DNA of 64,000 nt, taken from contig CP068257.2 in the NCBI GenBank assembly GCA_009914755.4, positions 10,176,001 to 10,240,000 of the forward strand, given 5' to 3'. Below the pieces are notes generated by a model, which did not search any database, was not told the origin of the DNA, and saw only the letters and a list, made by a program, of their open reading frames with translations. The DNA comes from the human T2T-CHM13v2.0 reference genome, Homo sapiens. The position numbers and the translations under genes are program-made. Shown here one piece after another: positions 26,706-41,500 of this stretch (the first letter of the stretch is position 1; each line of letters begins with the position of its first letter).

Positions 26706-27030
26706 TCTATTCCTTTATTTCTATTGGATCTCACTCTGTCACCAAGACTGCAGTGCAGTGGCAAAATCTTAGCTCACATTACATTTCACCCTTGCATTCC
26801 ATTCCATTCCTTTCCATTCCATTCCACTCCAATCCATTCCATTACATTCCACTCCATTCCATTCTATTCCTTTATTTCTATTGGATCTCGCTCTGTCACC
26901 AAGACTGCAGTGCAGTGGTAAAATCTTAGCTCACATTTCATTTCACCCTTGCATTCCATTCCATTCCTTTCCATTCCATTCCAGTCCACTCCACTCCAAT
27001 CCATTCCATTCCACTCCACTCCATTCTATT
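26706..27030 (+). repeat. Local 2x about 161-bp tandem duplication inside the HSat3 unit. It is mirrored at 54363-54687 in copy 2.
   Basis: 'ctattcctttatttctattggatctc(a/g)ctctgtcaccaagactgcagtgcagtgg(c/t)aaaatcttagctcacatt(a/t)catttcacccttgcattccattccattcctttccattccattcc' occurs at 26706 and again at 26867. Confidence 0.85.
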
Positions 27031-30000
27031 CCTTTCCATTCCATTTCATTCCATTCCACTGCACTCCCATCTTCTCCACTCAACTCCACTCCACTCCCTT
27101 CTGTTCCATTCCATTCCATTCTTTTCCATTCCTTTCCGTTCCATTCCATTCCACTTCGCTCCATTCCATTCCACTCCACTCTTCTCCACTCCATTCCACT
27201 CCACTCCACTGCACTCCGTTCCATTCCATTCCATTCCATTCCATTCCACTACAGTCCGATCCCCTCCACTCACCTCTACTCCACTGCACTACACTCCACT
27301 CCGCTCGATTCCGTTCTGTTCCATTCAGTTCTGCTCTGTTCCATGCCGTTGCATTCCACTCCATTCCATTCCACTCCATTCTATTGCACTTCATTCCAAT
27401 CCATTCCTTTCCACTCCATTCCACTCCATTGCATTCCATTCCACTCCACTCCATTCCACTCCACTCCACTCCATTTTACTCCACTCCGTTCCAACTCACT
27501 CCTCTCCATTTCACTCCATTCCACTCCCTTCCACCCCATTCCTCTCCACGCCAATTTGTTCCATTCCAATCAATTCCATTCCATTTCACTCCATTCAACT
27601 CCATTCCACTCCATTCCAATCCACTCGATTCCACTCAACTCCATTTCACTCCACTCCACTCTGTTACTTTCCATTGCATTCCTCTCCACTCCATTGCATT
27701 CCATTGCATTCCCCTCCATTACATTGCATTCCCTTCCATTGCAGTTCATTCCACTCCATTCCACTCTATTACACTCCACTACACTCCACTCCATTACACT
27801 CCACTCCATTCCATTAAACTCCATTCCATTCCACTACATTCCATTCCACTCCATTCCTTTCCACTACATTCCTTTCCATTCCATTCCACTCCATTCCACT
27901 CCACTCCATTCCACTCCACTCCATTCCAGTCCACTCCACTCCATTCCACTTCATTCCATTCCACTCCACTCCATTTCATTCCATTCTACTCCATTCCATT
28001 TCTTTCCTTAATTTCTGCTGGATCTCACTCTGTCAGCCAGACTGGAATGCAGTGCCACAATCTTATCTCACATTTCATTTCACCATTCCATTCCATTCCA
28101 TTCAACTGCATTCCATTCCATTTCATTCCACTCCACTCCACTCCATTCGACTCCAATCCACTCCACTCCATTCCATTCCACTCCACTCCAAACCACTCAG
28201 TTCCTTTGCACTGCATGCCATTCCATTCCATTCCATTTCATTCCTTTCCACTGCCCTCCGATCCACTCCACTCAACTCCCCTCTACTGCACTCCACTCCA
28301 TTCCGTTCCATTCCAATCCATTCCATTCCATTCTATTCCATTACGTTCTATTTCTTTCCATTCCACTCCACTCCCCTCCATTCCACTCGACTGCACTCCA
28401 CTTCACTGCACTCCGCTTCACTCCATTTCATTCCATTCCATTCCATTCCACTGCACTCAGATCCACTCCACTCAAATCCACTCCGCTGCACTCCACTCCA
28501 AATCTTTCCATTCATTTCTGTTCTGTTCCTTTTTTTTCCATTCCACTTCATTCCATTCCACTCCACTCCATTCCACTCCACTCAATTTCACTCAATTCAA
28601 CTCCATTCCACTCCAATCCACTCCACTCCACTACACTGCACTCTATTCCTTTCAACTCCGTTCCATTCCACTTCATACCATTCCATTGCATTCCACTACA
28701 TTCTATTCCATTCCACAACATTCCGCTCCTTTACACTCCACTCCATTCCACTCAACTCCATTCCACTCCACAACAATCCATTCCTCTCCATTCCATTCCA
28801 CTTCTCTTCAATCCATTATATTCTACTCCATTCCATTCCATTCTTTTATTTCGAATGGATCTCGCTCTGCTACACAGACAGGAGTGCAGTTAAACAGTCT
28901 TAGCTCACTTTTCATTTCATCGATCCATTCCATTCCATTCCATTCAATTGTACTCCATTCCACTGCATTCTGATCCGCTCCAATAAACTCCACTCCACTC
29001 AACTCCGTTCCATTTTATTCCATTCCATTCCACTCCACTCCAATGCATTCCATTCCACTCCATTGTAATCCAATCAACTCCACTCCACTATATTCCATTC
29101 CAATCCACTCCTCTCCAATCAACACCACTACCCTCCACTCCACTCCAATCCGGTCCATTTCGTTCCATTCCCTTCCAACCCATTCCAATACTTTCCACTC
29201 CATTCCACTCCACTCCTTTCCATTCCCCTTCATTCCACTTCTTTCCACTCCACTCTATTCCACTCCACTCCACTCCATTCCACTGAACTCCACTCCACTC
29301 AACTCCGTTGCATTCACTTCCATTCCATTTGATTCCGTTCCATTTCACTCCATTCCATTCCACTCCACTCCATTCCATTCCTCTCCATTCCATTCCACTC
29401 CACTCCATTTCACTCCATTCCACTCGATTCCACTCCAATCCACTCCATTCCTTTCCATTCCATTCCATTCCACTCCATTCCATTCTATTTCTTTCCACTC
29501 CATTCCACTCTTGTCCACCGCACTCCATTCCACTCCACTCTATTCTACTCCACTCCATTCCACTCCATTCCATTCCATTCCACCCCATTCCGTTTCATTC
29601 CACTCCATTCTATTCCATGCCACTAGATTCCATTACATTCCACTCCACTGCCCTCCAATACATTCCACTCCACTCCATTCCTTTCCACTACAATCCACTC
29701 CACTCCACTCCATTCTTTTCCATTCCCTTCCGTTCCATTTCATTCCATTCCATTCCATTCCGTTCCGTTCCGTTCCATTCCATTCCATTCCATTCCATTC
29801 CCCTGCACTCCGATACACTTCACTCAATTCTAATCCACTCAACTCCACTCAGTTCCGTTCCCTTCCATTCCTTTCCACTTCGTTCCATTCCACTCCATTC
29901 CATTCCATTCCACTAAACTCCATTCCACTCAACTCCATTCCCTTCACTCCACTCCACTCCGCAAAACTCCACTCCACTCCATTCCACTCCACTCTGTTCC

Positions 30001-33000
30001 AGTCCATTCCACTCCACTCCACTCCACTCTGTTCCACTCCATTCCACTCCATTCCACTCCACTTCACTCCACTCCACTCTACTCCAATTCGTTCCATTCA
30101 GTTCCTTTCCTATCTATTCCATTTGGTTCCGTTCCATTCCACTCCTTTCCATTCCAATCCACTCCATGCCACTCCACTCCATTTCATCCATTTCACTCCA
30201 CTCCACTCCATTCCACTCCACTCCATTGCATTCCACTTCATTCCATTCCATTCCACTCCACTCCATTCCATTCCATTCCGTTCCAATCCATTCCACTGCA
30301 CTCTGATCCACTGCCATCAACTCCACTCCACTTCACTCCACTCCGTTGCATTCCGTTTCATTCCATTCCATTGCATTCCATTTCATTGAATTCCATTCCA
30401 TTCAATTCCATTCCACTACACTCTGATCCACTCCACTCAACTTCAATCCACTCCACTCCACCCCAATACCATTCCATTCTGTTCCATACCACTCCATTCC
30501 ATTCCATTCCACACCACTCCATTCTATTCCATTTCACTCCTTTCCATTTCATTCCACTCCATTCCATTCCATTCAACTGGATTCCATTGCATTCCACTCC
30601 ACTACAATCTATTGTACTCCACTGCATTTCATTCCATTCCACTACACTACACTACTCTACACTGTACTCCATTCCATTCCATTCCACTCCACTCCCTTCC
30701 ATTACATTCCATTTGATTCCATTCCATTCCATTCCATTCCGTTGCATTCCACTGCATTCCTGTCCATTCCATTCCATTCCTTTCCACTCCATTCCATTCC
30801 AATCCACTCCACTCCAGTGCATTCCGTTCCACTCCACTCCATTCCGTTCCACTCCACGTCATTCCATTCCATTCCATTCCATTCCATTCCTTTCCATTCC
30901 ATTCCATTCCGTTCCATTCTATTCCACTCCACTCCATTCCATTCCATTCCAACAAATTCCATTCCATTCCACACCATCCACTCCACTCCAATCCACTCCA
31001 CTCCACTCCACTCCATTCCATTCCATTCCGTTCTATTCCATTCCACTCCACTCCACTCCACTCCATTCCATTCCATTCCATTCCATTCCACTACACTCCT
31101 ATCCACTGCACTCAACTCCACTCCATTCCACTCCACTCCATTCTATTCCATTCCATTCCATGCCATTCCATTTCATTCCATTTCGTTCTGTTCCATTACA
31201 TTCCATTCCACTCCACTCCATTCCTTCCTTCTCCATTCCACTCCAATCCACTCCACTCCACTCCACTCCACTCCACTCCAATCCATTCCATTCCGTTCCA
31301 TTCCATTCTGTTCTATTCCATTCCTTTCCACTGCATTCCATTCCACTCCACTCCATTCCACTTCACTCCCTTCCACTCAATTCCTCTCCATTCCATTCTA
31401 CTCCACCCCAATCCATTCCATTTCTCTCCTACATTCCATTCCATTCCACTCCACTTCATTCCACCCCACCCCATTCCATTCCACTCAACTCCACTCTATT
31501 CCACTCCTCTCCACTCCAATTCTCTCCACTCCATTCCATTTAACTCCATTCCATTCCATTCCATTCTCTCTATTCCATTCCATTCCACTCCACTCCATTC
31601 CATTCCATTCCACTCGATTCCACTCCACACCACTCCATTCCACTTAATTCCATTCCACTCCACTCCATTCCATTCTATTACATTCCATTCCATTCCACTC
31701 CGCTCCACTCCATTCCAGTCCAGTCCTCTCCATTCCATTACATTCTATTCCATTCCAACCCACTCTGTTCCATTCCATTGCATTCCATTCCATTTCACTG
31801 CACTCCGATCCGCTCCACTCAACTCCGCTCTACTCCATTCCATTCCACTCCACTCCATTCCATTCCATTCCACTCGATTCCACTCCACACCACTCCATTC
31901 CACTCAATTCCATTCCACTCCACTCCATTCCATTCTATTACATTCCATTCCATTCCACTCCGCTCCACTCCACTCCAGTCCAGTCCTCTCCATTCCATTA
32001 CATTCTATTCCATTCCAACCCACTCCGTTCCATTCCATTGCATTCCATTCCATTTCACTGCACTCTGATCCGCTCCACTCAACTCCGCTCTACTCCACTC
32101 CACTCCATTTCATTCCATTCCATGTCACACCACTCAATTCCATTCCATTCCATTCCATTCAATTCCACTGCACTCTGATCCACTCCACTCAATTCCACTC
32201 CACTCCACTCCACTCCGTTCCTTTCCGTTCCATTCCATTCCACTCCATTCCATTCCAGTCAGTTCCATTCCATTCCATTCCATGACACTCCTTTCCATTC
32301 AACTTCATTGCACTCCATTCCACACCACTCCACTCCAATTCACTCCGTTCTATTCTGTTCCATCACATTCCATTCTGTTCCGTTCCATTCCACTCCATTC
32401 CATTCCACTACACTCCATTCCACTCCAATCAATTTCACTCCATTCCACTCCATTCAACTCCAATCCTCTCCACTCCACTCCACTCAGTACCTTTCCACTC
32501 CATTCCATTCAATTCTACTCCATTCTATTCCATTGTGTTCTGCTCCATTCCACTCCACCCCTCTCCATTCCACTCCACTGCGTTCCACTCCATTCCATTC
32601 CATTTCACTCCTTTCCATTCCATTCCTTTGTTTCGAAAGGATAGCACACTTTCTACCAGACTGGAGTGCAGTGGCACAATGTTATCTCACATTTCATTTC
32701 ACCATTCCATTCATTCCAATCCATTCCATTCCCTTCCACTCCAATCCCCTCCACTCCATTCCAATACATTCCATTCCATTCCACTCAACTCCATTCCATT
32801 CCATTCCATTCTACTGCACTCCGATCCACTCAAGTCTACTCCACTCCACCCCACTCCACTCCATTTCGTTCCTTTCCATTCCATTGCATCCCATTCCATT
32901 GCATTCAGTTCCATTCCATTCCATTCAATTCCACTAAACTCCATTCCATTCCACTCCATTCCACTCCACTCCATTCCACTAAATTTCATTCCATTCCACT

Positions 33001-36000
33001 GCACTCCTCTCCACTCAACTCTACTCCACTTCACTCCATTCTGTTCCAATCCATTCCATTCCTTTCCATTCCATTCCATTCCACTCCATTCCATTCCACT
33101 ATACTCCATTTTACTCCATTCCACTCAACTCCACTCCACTCCACTCAACTCCACTCCACTCCACTACACTCTACTGCATTCCAGTCAACTCCACTCCATT
33201 CCATGCCACTCCATTCCATTCCACTCCACTCTGCTCCATTCCATTCCACTCCATTCCACTCCACTCCTCTCCACTCCATTCCATTCCACTCCACTCCAAT
33301 CCACTCCACTCCTTTAAACTCCATTCCATTCCAATCCACTCCTCTCCCTTCCATTCCATTGCATTCCATTGCATTCCTTTCCATTCCACTACATTCCATT
33401 CCATTCCACTGCACTCCCATCCAATCCACTCAACTCCACTCCACTCCGTCTGTTTCCTGCAATTCCATTCCGTTGCATTCCATTCCATTCCATTCCTTTA
33501 CTTTCTGTTCCACTAGACTCCATTCCATTCCATTCCACTCCACTTCACCCCACTCCATTCCATTCCACGCCACTCCATTCCATTACACTCTGATCCACTC
33601 AACTCAACTCCACTCCACTCCTGTCCACTCCACTCCATTCCGTTCTGTTCCATTCCATTACTTTCAATTCCTTTCCATTCCGTTGCATTCCATTCTATTC
33701 CAGTCCAGTCCAGTCCACTCCACTCCGCTCCACTCCACGCCACTCCATTCCAGTCTTCTACAATCCACTCTACTCTGCTTCGTTCCATTTCTTTCCATTG
33801 TGCTCTGTTCCATTCTGTTCCATTCCACACCATTCCATTCCACTCCACTCCATTCCACTCCACTCCATTCCACTCCACTCTATTCCACTCCACTCCATTC
33901 CATTACATTGCATTCCATTCCTTGCACTTCGATGCACTCCAAACAAATCCACTGCACTCCACTCTACTCTGTTCCACTCAGTTCTGTTGTGTTCCATTCC
34001 GTACTGTTCCATTCCACTCCATTTCACTCCTTTCCACTTCATTCCATTCCATTCCATGCCACTCCATTCCACTCCATTCCACTCGTCTCGATTCCACTCC
34101 ACTCCATTCCACTCCACTCTACACCATTCCACTCCATTCTATTCCTCTCTGCTCCTTTCCATTTCATTCCACTCCATTCCATTCCATTCCTTTATTTCGA
34201 CTGGTTCTCCCTCTTTCACCCAGACAGGAGTGCAGTTGCACTATCTTAGCTCACATTTCATTTACACATTCCATTCCATTCCATTCCATTTCGCTCCACT
34301 CCACTCCACCCCACTGTTCCATTCCCCGCCACCTCATTCCATTCCACTCCACCCCACTCCATTCCACTCCACTCCACTCCATTCCACTCAACTCCTCTCC
34401 ATACCACTAAACTCCACTCCATTCCATTTCACTCCACTCTATTCCATTCCACTTCACTCCTTTCCATTCCATTCCCCTCCACTCCATTCAATTCCACTCC
34501 ACTCCATTTAATCCCATTCTGTTCCATTTCATTCCACTCCACTCTTCTTCATTCCATTCCATTCCATTCCATTCCATTCCATTCCATTCCATTTCACTGT
34601 ACTCCGTTGCACTGTACTCGACTCAGCTCCATTCCACTCCACTCCGTTCCCCTCCATTGCATTCCGTTCCTTTTCATTCCATTCCATTCCATTCCATTGC
34701 ATTCCGTTCCTTTCCATTCCATTCCATTCCGTTCCATTCCATTCCATTCCATTCCACTCCATTCCGTTCCACTCCATTCCACTCCACTCCACTCCACTCT
34801 GTTCCTTTCAATTCCATTACATTTTGTTCCATTCCGTTCCACTCTATTCTACTCCACTCCACTCTGTTCCATTCAATTCCATTACATTCTGTTTTATTCC
34901 ATTTGATTCCACTCCATTCAATTCCACTCCACTCCATTCCACTCCACTCCTTTTCACACCATTGCACTCTATTCCAATCCACACCATTCCACTCCACTCC
35001 ATTCCATTCTATTCCGTTCAACTGCACTCCATTCCATTCCATTCCATTGCATTGCATTCCATTGCATTCCACTGCACTCTGTTCCACTGCTCTCAAGTCC
35101 ACTCCACTCCAATCCATTGCACTCCGTTACATACCGTTCCATTCCATTCCATTCCTCTCCATTCTGTTCCATTCCATTACATTATTTTCCACTCCAATCC
35201 ATTCCACTCCATTCCACTCCATACCACTCCATTGCACTACAACCCATTCCTCTCCATTCCATTCCATTCCACTGCACCCCGATCCATTCCATTCCACTCC
35301 AATCCACTCCACTCCACTCCATTCTGTTCTATTCCATTCCATTCTGTACCGTTCCATTCCACTCCATTCCACTCCACTCCACTTCACTCCACTCCACTCC
35401 ACGCCACCTCTCTCCACTCTATTCCACTCCATTCCAAGCCTATCCGCTCCATTGCTTTCCATTCCTTTCCACTCCATTCCATCCCATTCCACTGCACTCC
35501 ATTCCACTCCACTCCATTTCACTCCATTCCTCTTCATTCCACTCCATTCCATTCCATTCCTCTCCATTCCGTTCCATTCCACTCCACTAAATTCCACTCC
35601 CCAAAACTCCATTCCACTCCATTTCATTCCACTCCACTGCATTCCATTACATTTTAATCCATTCCTTTCCTTCCTTTAATTTCGACTGTATCTCACTCTC
35701 TCACCCAGACTTGAGTGCAGTGGCACAATCTTAGCTCACATTTCATGTCACCATTCCACTCTATTGCTTTCTATTCCACTCCATTCCATTCCATTCCACT
35801 CCACTCCACTCCACTCTACTCCACTGCACTCAACTGAATTCCAGTCCCATCCACTCCATTCCATTCCACTCTGTTCCATTCCACTCCACTATCCTTCATT
35901 ACACTGTAGTCCACTCCATTCCTTTCCACTACAATCCACTCCATTCCATTCCATTTCATTCCACTCCAATCCATTCCATTCCACTCCACTCCATTCCACT

Positions 36001-37599
36001 GCACTCCACTCCTCTCCACTCCATTCCATTCCATTCCATTCCACTTCATTCCATTCCATTCCACTCCATTCCATTCCATTCCATTCCACTCCATTTCATT
36101 CCATTCCACTCCATTCCATTCCATTCCATTCCACTGCATTCCAATCCACTTGACTCAACTCCACTCCACTACACTCTACTCCACTCCATTCCGTTCCCTT
36201 CAATTCCATTGCATTCCATTCCATTCCATTCCATTCCACTCCAACACATTCCATTCCACACCATTCCACTCCACTCCACCACACTCCACTATACTTCACT
36301 CCGTTCCATTCCATTCCATGCCACTGCCCTTCGTTCCACTCCACTCAACTCCACTCCACACCACCCCACTCTGTTCCATTCTTTTCCGTTCCATTCCGTT
36401 CCATTCCCCTCCATTACACTCCATTCCACTCCACTCCACTCCCTCCTCTCCATTAAACTCCAATCCATTCCATTCCACTGCACTCCAATCCACTCCACTC
36501 AACTCCACTCCACTCCATTCCAGTCCGTTCCCCTTTTTTCTATTCCTTTCCGTTCCGTTCCATTCCACTCCAATCCATTCCTTTCCACTGCAATCCATTC
36601 CATTCCACTCCATTCCACTCCACTCAACTCCACTCCATTCCATTCCTCTCCAGTCCATTATATTCCACTCCATTCCGTTCCACTCCACTCCACTCCATTC
36701 TACTACACTACACTCCATTCCATTCCATTTCACTCCACTCCATTTCACTCCATTCCACTCAATTCCACTCCACACCACTCCACTGCACTCCACTCCATTC
36801 CATTTTATTCCAATCCATTCCATTCCACACCATTCCGCTCAACTCCACCACACTCCACTCTAGTCCACTGCATTCCATTCCATTACGTTCCATTCCATTC
36901 TACTCCACTCCACTCCATTCCATTCCATTTCAATGAACTCCGATCCACTGCACTCAACTCCATTCCAGTCCACTCCACCCCGTTCTGTTCTGTTCCATTC
37001 CATTCCATTCCGTTCTGTTCCATTCCATTCCATTACACTCCATTCCCTTCCACTCTACTCCACTCCATTCAACTCCAGTCCATTTCACTACATTTCACTG
37101 CATTCAACGCCACATCACTCCACTCCACTCCACTCCATTCTGTTCCATTCCACTCCACTCCATTCCTTTCCATTCCCTTCCATTCCATTCCATTCCATTC
37201 CATTCCATTCCACTGCTCTCTGATCCACTGCACTCAACTCCACTCCACTCCACTCCACTCGGTTTTGTTCCGTTCCATTCCATTCCATTCCTTTCGGTTC
37301 CATTTAACTCCATTCCATTCCACTCCACTCCAGTCCACTCCACTCCACTCCATTCCACTTCATTGCATTCCCTTCCACTACACTTCGATCCACTGCACTT
37401 AACTCCACTCCACCCCACTCCGCTCTGTTCCATTCCGTTCCGTTCCATTCCATTCCACTCCATTCCATTCCACTCCACTTCATTCCACTCCATTCCACTC
37501 CATTCCACTCCACTCCTCTCCACTCCACTCCACTGAACTCCAATCCATTCCACTCCACTCCACTCCACTCCACTGAACTCCACTCCATTCCATACCACT

Positions 37600-40500
37600 A
37601 CATTCCATTCATTTCCACTCCATTCCATTCCTCTCCATTCCACTCCATTCCACTCCACTCCGCTCTACTCCACTCCATTTCATTTCATTCCACTACCCTC
37701 TGTTCCATTCCACTCCATTCCATTACACTCCACTCTAATCCATTCTACTCCACTGCACTCTACTCCATTCCATTCCATTCCACTCTGATCCATTCCATTC
37801 CACTGCACTCCTCTCCACTCTATTCCATTCCATTCCACTCCACTCCACTCCATTCCATTCCATTATATACCATTCTGTTCCATTCCATTCCACTTCACTC
37901 CACTACATTCCATTCCATTCCATGCCATGCCATTCCATTCCATACCATTCCACTGCAATCCGATTAACTCCACACAACTCCATTCCAGTCCATTCCACAA
38001 CACTCCGTTCTGTTCCGTTCCACTCTATTCCTTTCAATTCCATTCCATTCCATTCCATTCCATTCCATTCCATTCCATTCCATTCCATTCCATTCTTTTC
38101 CACTCCACTGCCTTCCATTCCACTCCATTCCATTCTACTCCACTCCACTCCACTCCAGTGATTTCCATTCCCCTCCCCTGCTTCCCATTCCACTCGACTC
38201 CCCTCAACTCTGTTCCATTCCGTCCTGTTCCACTCTCTTCCTTTCCATTCCTTTCCACTCCATTCCATTCCTCTCCTCTCCATTCCACTCCACTCCATTT
38301 CACTCCATTACAATCCATTTCACTCCACAGCACTGCACTCAACTGCACTCCTTTCCATCAATTCCTCTCCACTCCTTTCCATTCCATTCCATTCCATTCC
38401 ACTGTACTCAGATCCACTGCATTCAACTCCACCCCACTCCACTCCACTCCACTCTGTTCCGTTCCATTCCATTCCGTTCCATTCCATTCCATTCCATTCC
38501 ATTCCATTCCAATTAATTCCATTCCATTCCACTCCACTGCATTCCACTGCATTCCATTCCACTCCACTCCATTCCACTCCAATCACTTCCATTCCACTGC
38601 ACTCTGATCCACTCCAATCAACTCCACTCCACTTCATTCACGTCCGTTCCACTCCGTTCTGTTCCCTTTTGTTCCATTAAGTTCCACTCCACTCCATTCC
38701 ACTACACTGTATTACACTCCATTCCACTCCATTCCACTCCACTCATCTTAACTCCATTCCATTCCACTCCACTCCATTCTATTCAATTCCATTCCATTAA
38801 ACTCCACTCCACTCCATTCTACTCCACTCCTTTCCATTCCATTCCACTCCATTCCATTCCACTAAACTCCATTCGACTCCACTCCACTCCACTTCTCTCC
38901 ACTCCACTCCACTGAACTTCACTCCATTCCATATCACTCCATTCCATTAATTTCCACTCCATTCCATTCCTCTCCATTCCACTCCATTCCACTCCACTCC
39001 ACTCTACTCCACTCCATTCCATTTCATTCCACTACCCTCTGTTCCATTCCACTCCATTCCATTACACTCCACTCTAATCCATTCTACTCCACTCCACTCT
39101 ACTCCATTCCATTCCATTCCACTCCAATCCATTCCATTCCACTGCACTCCACTCCACTCTATTCCATTCCATTCCATTCCACTCCACTCCATTCCATTCC
39201 ACTCCACTCCACTCCATTCCATTCCATTACATACCATTCTGTTCCATTCCATTCCACTTCACTCCACTCCATTCCATTCCATGCCATGCCATTCCATTCC
39301 ATACCATTCTGTTCCATTCCATTCCACTTCACTCCACTCCATTCCATTCCATTTCATGCCGTGGCATTCCATTCCATTCCATTCCACTGCACTCCGATTA
39401 ACTCCACACAACTCCATTCCATTCCACTCCACAACACTCCGTTCTGTTCCGTTCCATTCTCTTCCATTCCATTCCATTCCATTCCATTCCATTCCAATCC
39501 ATTATTTTCCACTCCACTGCCTTCCATTCCACTCCATTCCATTGTACTCCACCCCATTCCACTCCATTGCTTTCCATTCCACTCCCCTGCTTTCCATTCC
39601 ACTCGACTCCCCTCAACTCTGTTCCATTCCGTCGTGTTCCATTCTCTTCCTTTCCATTCCTTTCCACTCCATTCCATTCCTCTCCTCTCCATTCCACTCC
39701 ACTCCATTTCACTCCATTACAATCCATTTCACTCCACAGCACTGCACTCAACTGCACTCCTTTCCATTCAACTCCTGTCCACTCCTTTCCCTTCTATTCC
39801 ATTCCATTCCACTGCACTCAGATCCACTGCACTCAACTCCACCCCACTCCACTCCACTCCACTCTGTTCCATCACTTTCCATTCCATTCCATTCCATTCC
39901 ATGGCATTCTAATTAATTCCATTCCATTCCACTCCACTGCATTCCACTGCATTCCATTCCACTCCACTCCATTCCACTCTAATCAATTCCATTCCACTGC
40001 ACTCTGATCCACTCCAATCAACTCCACTCCACTTCATTCACGTCCGTTCCACTCCGCTCTGTTCCCTTCCATTCCATTAAGTTCCACTCCATTCCATTCC
40101 ACTGCACTATATTACGCTCCATTCCACTCCATTCCTCTCCACTCATCTTAACTACCTTCCATTCCACTCCACTCCATTCTACACAATTCTATTCCATTAA
40201 ACTCCACTCCACTCCATTCTACTCCCCTCCACTCCATTCCATTCCATTCCACTCCATTCCATTCCACTAAACTCCATTCGACTCCACTCCACTCCACTTC
40301 ACTCCACTCCACTTCACTCCACTCCACTCCACTGAACTTCACTCCATTTCATACCACTCCATTCCATTCATTTCCACTAAATTCCATTCCTCTCCATTCC
40401 ACTCCATTCCACTCCACTCCACTCTACTCCACTCCATTCCATTTCATTCCACTCCCACCTATTCCATTCCATTCCATTCCATTACACTCCACTCTACTCC

Positions 40501-41500
40501 ATTCTACTCCACTCCACTCCGTTACATTCTATTCCACTCCAGTCCATTCCATTCCACTGAACTCCACTCCACTCTATTCCATTCCATTCCACTCCAATCC
40601 ATTCCATTCCACTGTACTCTACTCCACTCTATTCCATTCCATTCCACTCCACTCCACTCCACTCCATTCCATTCCATTACATACCATTCTGATCTATTCC
40701 CTTCCTCTTCACTCCACTCTATTCCATTCCATTCCATTCCATGCCATTCAATTCCATGCCATTCCATTCCACTGCACTCCGATTAACTCCATACAACTCC
40801 ATTCCATTCCACTCCATAACACTCCATTCTGTTCTGTTCCATTTTGTTTCATTCCATTCCATTCCATCCCGTTCCATTCCATTCTATTCCACTCCATGGC
40901 ATTCCATTCCACTCCATTCCATTCTACTCCACTCCACTCCACTCCACTGCTTTCCATTCCACTCGACTCCCCTCAACTCTGTTCCATTCCGTCCCGTTCC
41001 ATTCTCTTCCTTTCCATTCCATTCCACTCCATTCCATTCTTCTCCTCTCCATTCCACTCCACTCCATTTCACTCCATTACAATCCATTTCATTCCACACC
41101 ACTCCTCTCAACTCCATTCCTTTCCATTCAATTCCTCTCCACTCCTTTCCATTCCATTCCATTCCATTTCATTCCACTGCACTCAGATCCACTGCCCTCA
41201 ACTCCATTCCACTCCACTCCATTCCATTTAATTCCTCTGCACTCAAATCCACTGCACTCAACTCCACTCCACTCTGTTCCCTTCCATTCCATTCCATTGC
41301 ATTCCATTCTGTTCCAATTAATTCCATTCCATGCCACTCCACTGCATTCCACTCCATTCCACTCCACTCCACTCCACTCCATTCCACTATAATCAATTCC
41401 ATTCCACTGCACTCTGATCCACTCCAATGAACTCCACTCCACTCCATTCATGTCCTTTCCACTCCGTTCTGTTCCCTTCCATTCCATTATGTTCCACTCC
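37600..41500 (+). repeat. Nested about 1.34-1.42-kb higher-order repeat (at least 3 tandem copies, about 90% identity) within the 27.66-kb HSat3 unit
   Basis: Marker strings recur at 37601/38941/40361 ('cattccatt(c/a)atttccact..attccattcctctccattccactcc'). They recur at 37950/39391/40771 ('ccactgcactccgattaactccacacaactccattcc'). They recur at 38591/39991/41401 ('ccactgcactctgatccactccaat(c/g)aactcc...'). Minus-strand ORFs 37903..38298, 39354..39707 and 40884..41162 are paralogous low-complexity translations. Confidence 0.8.
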
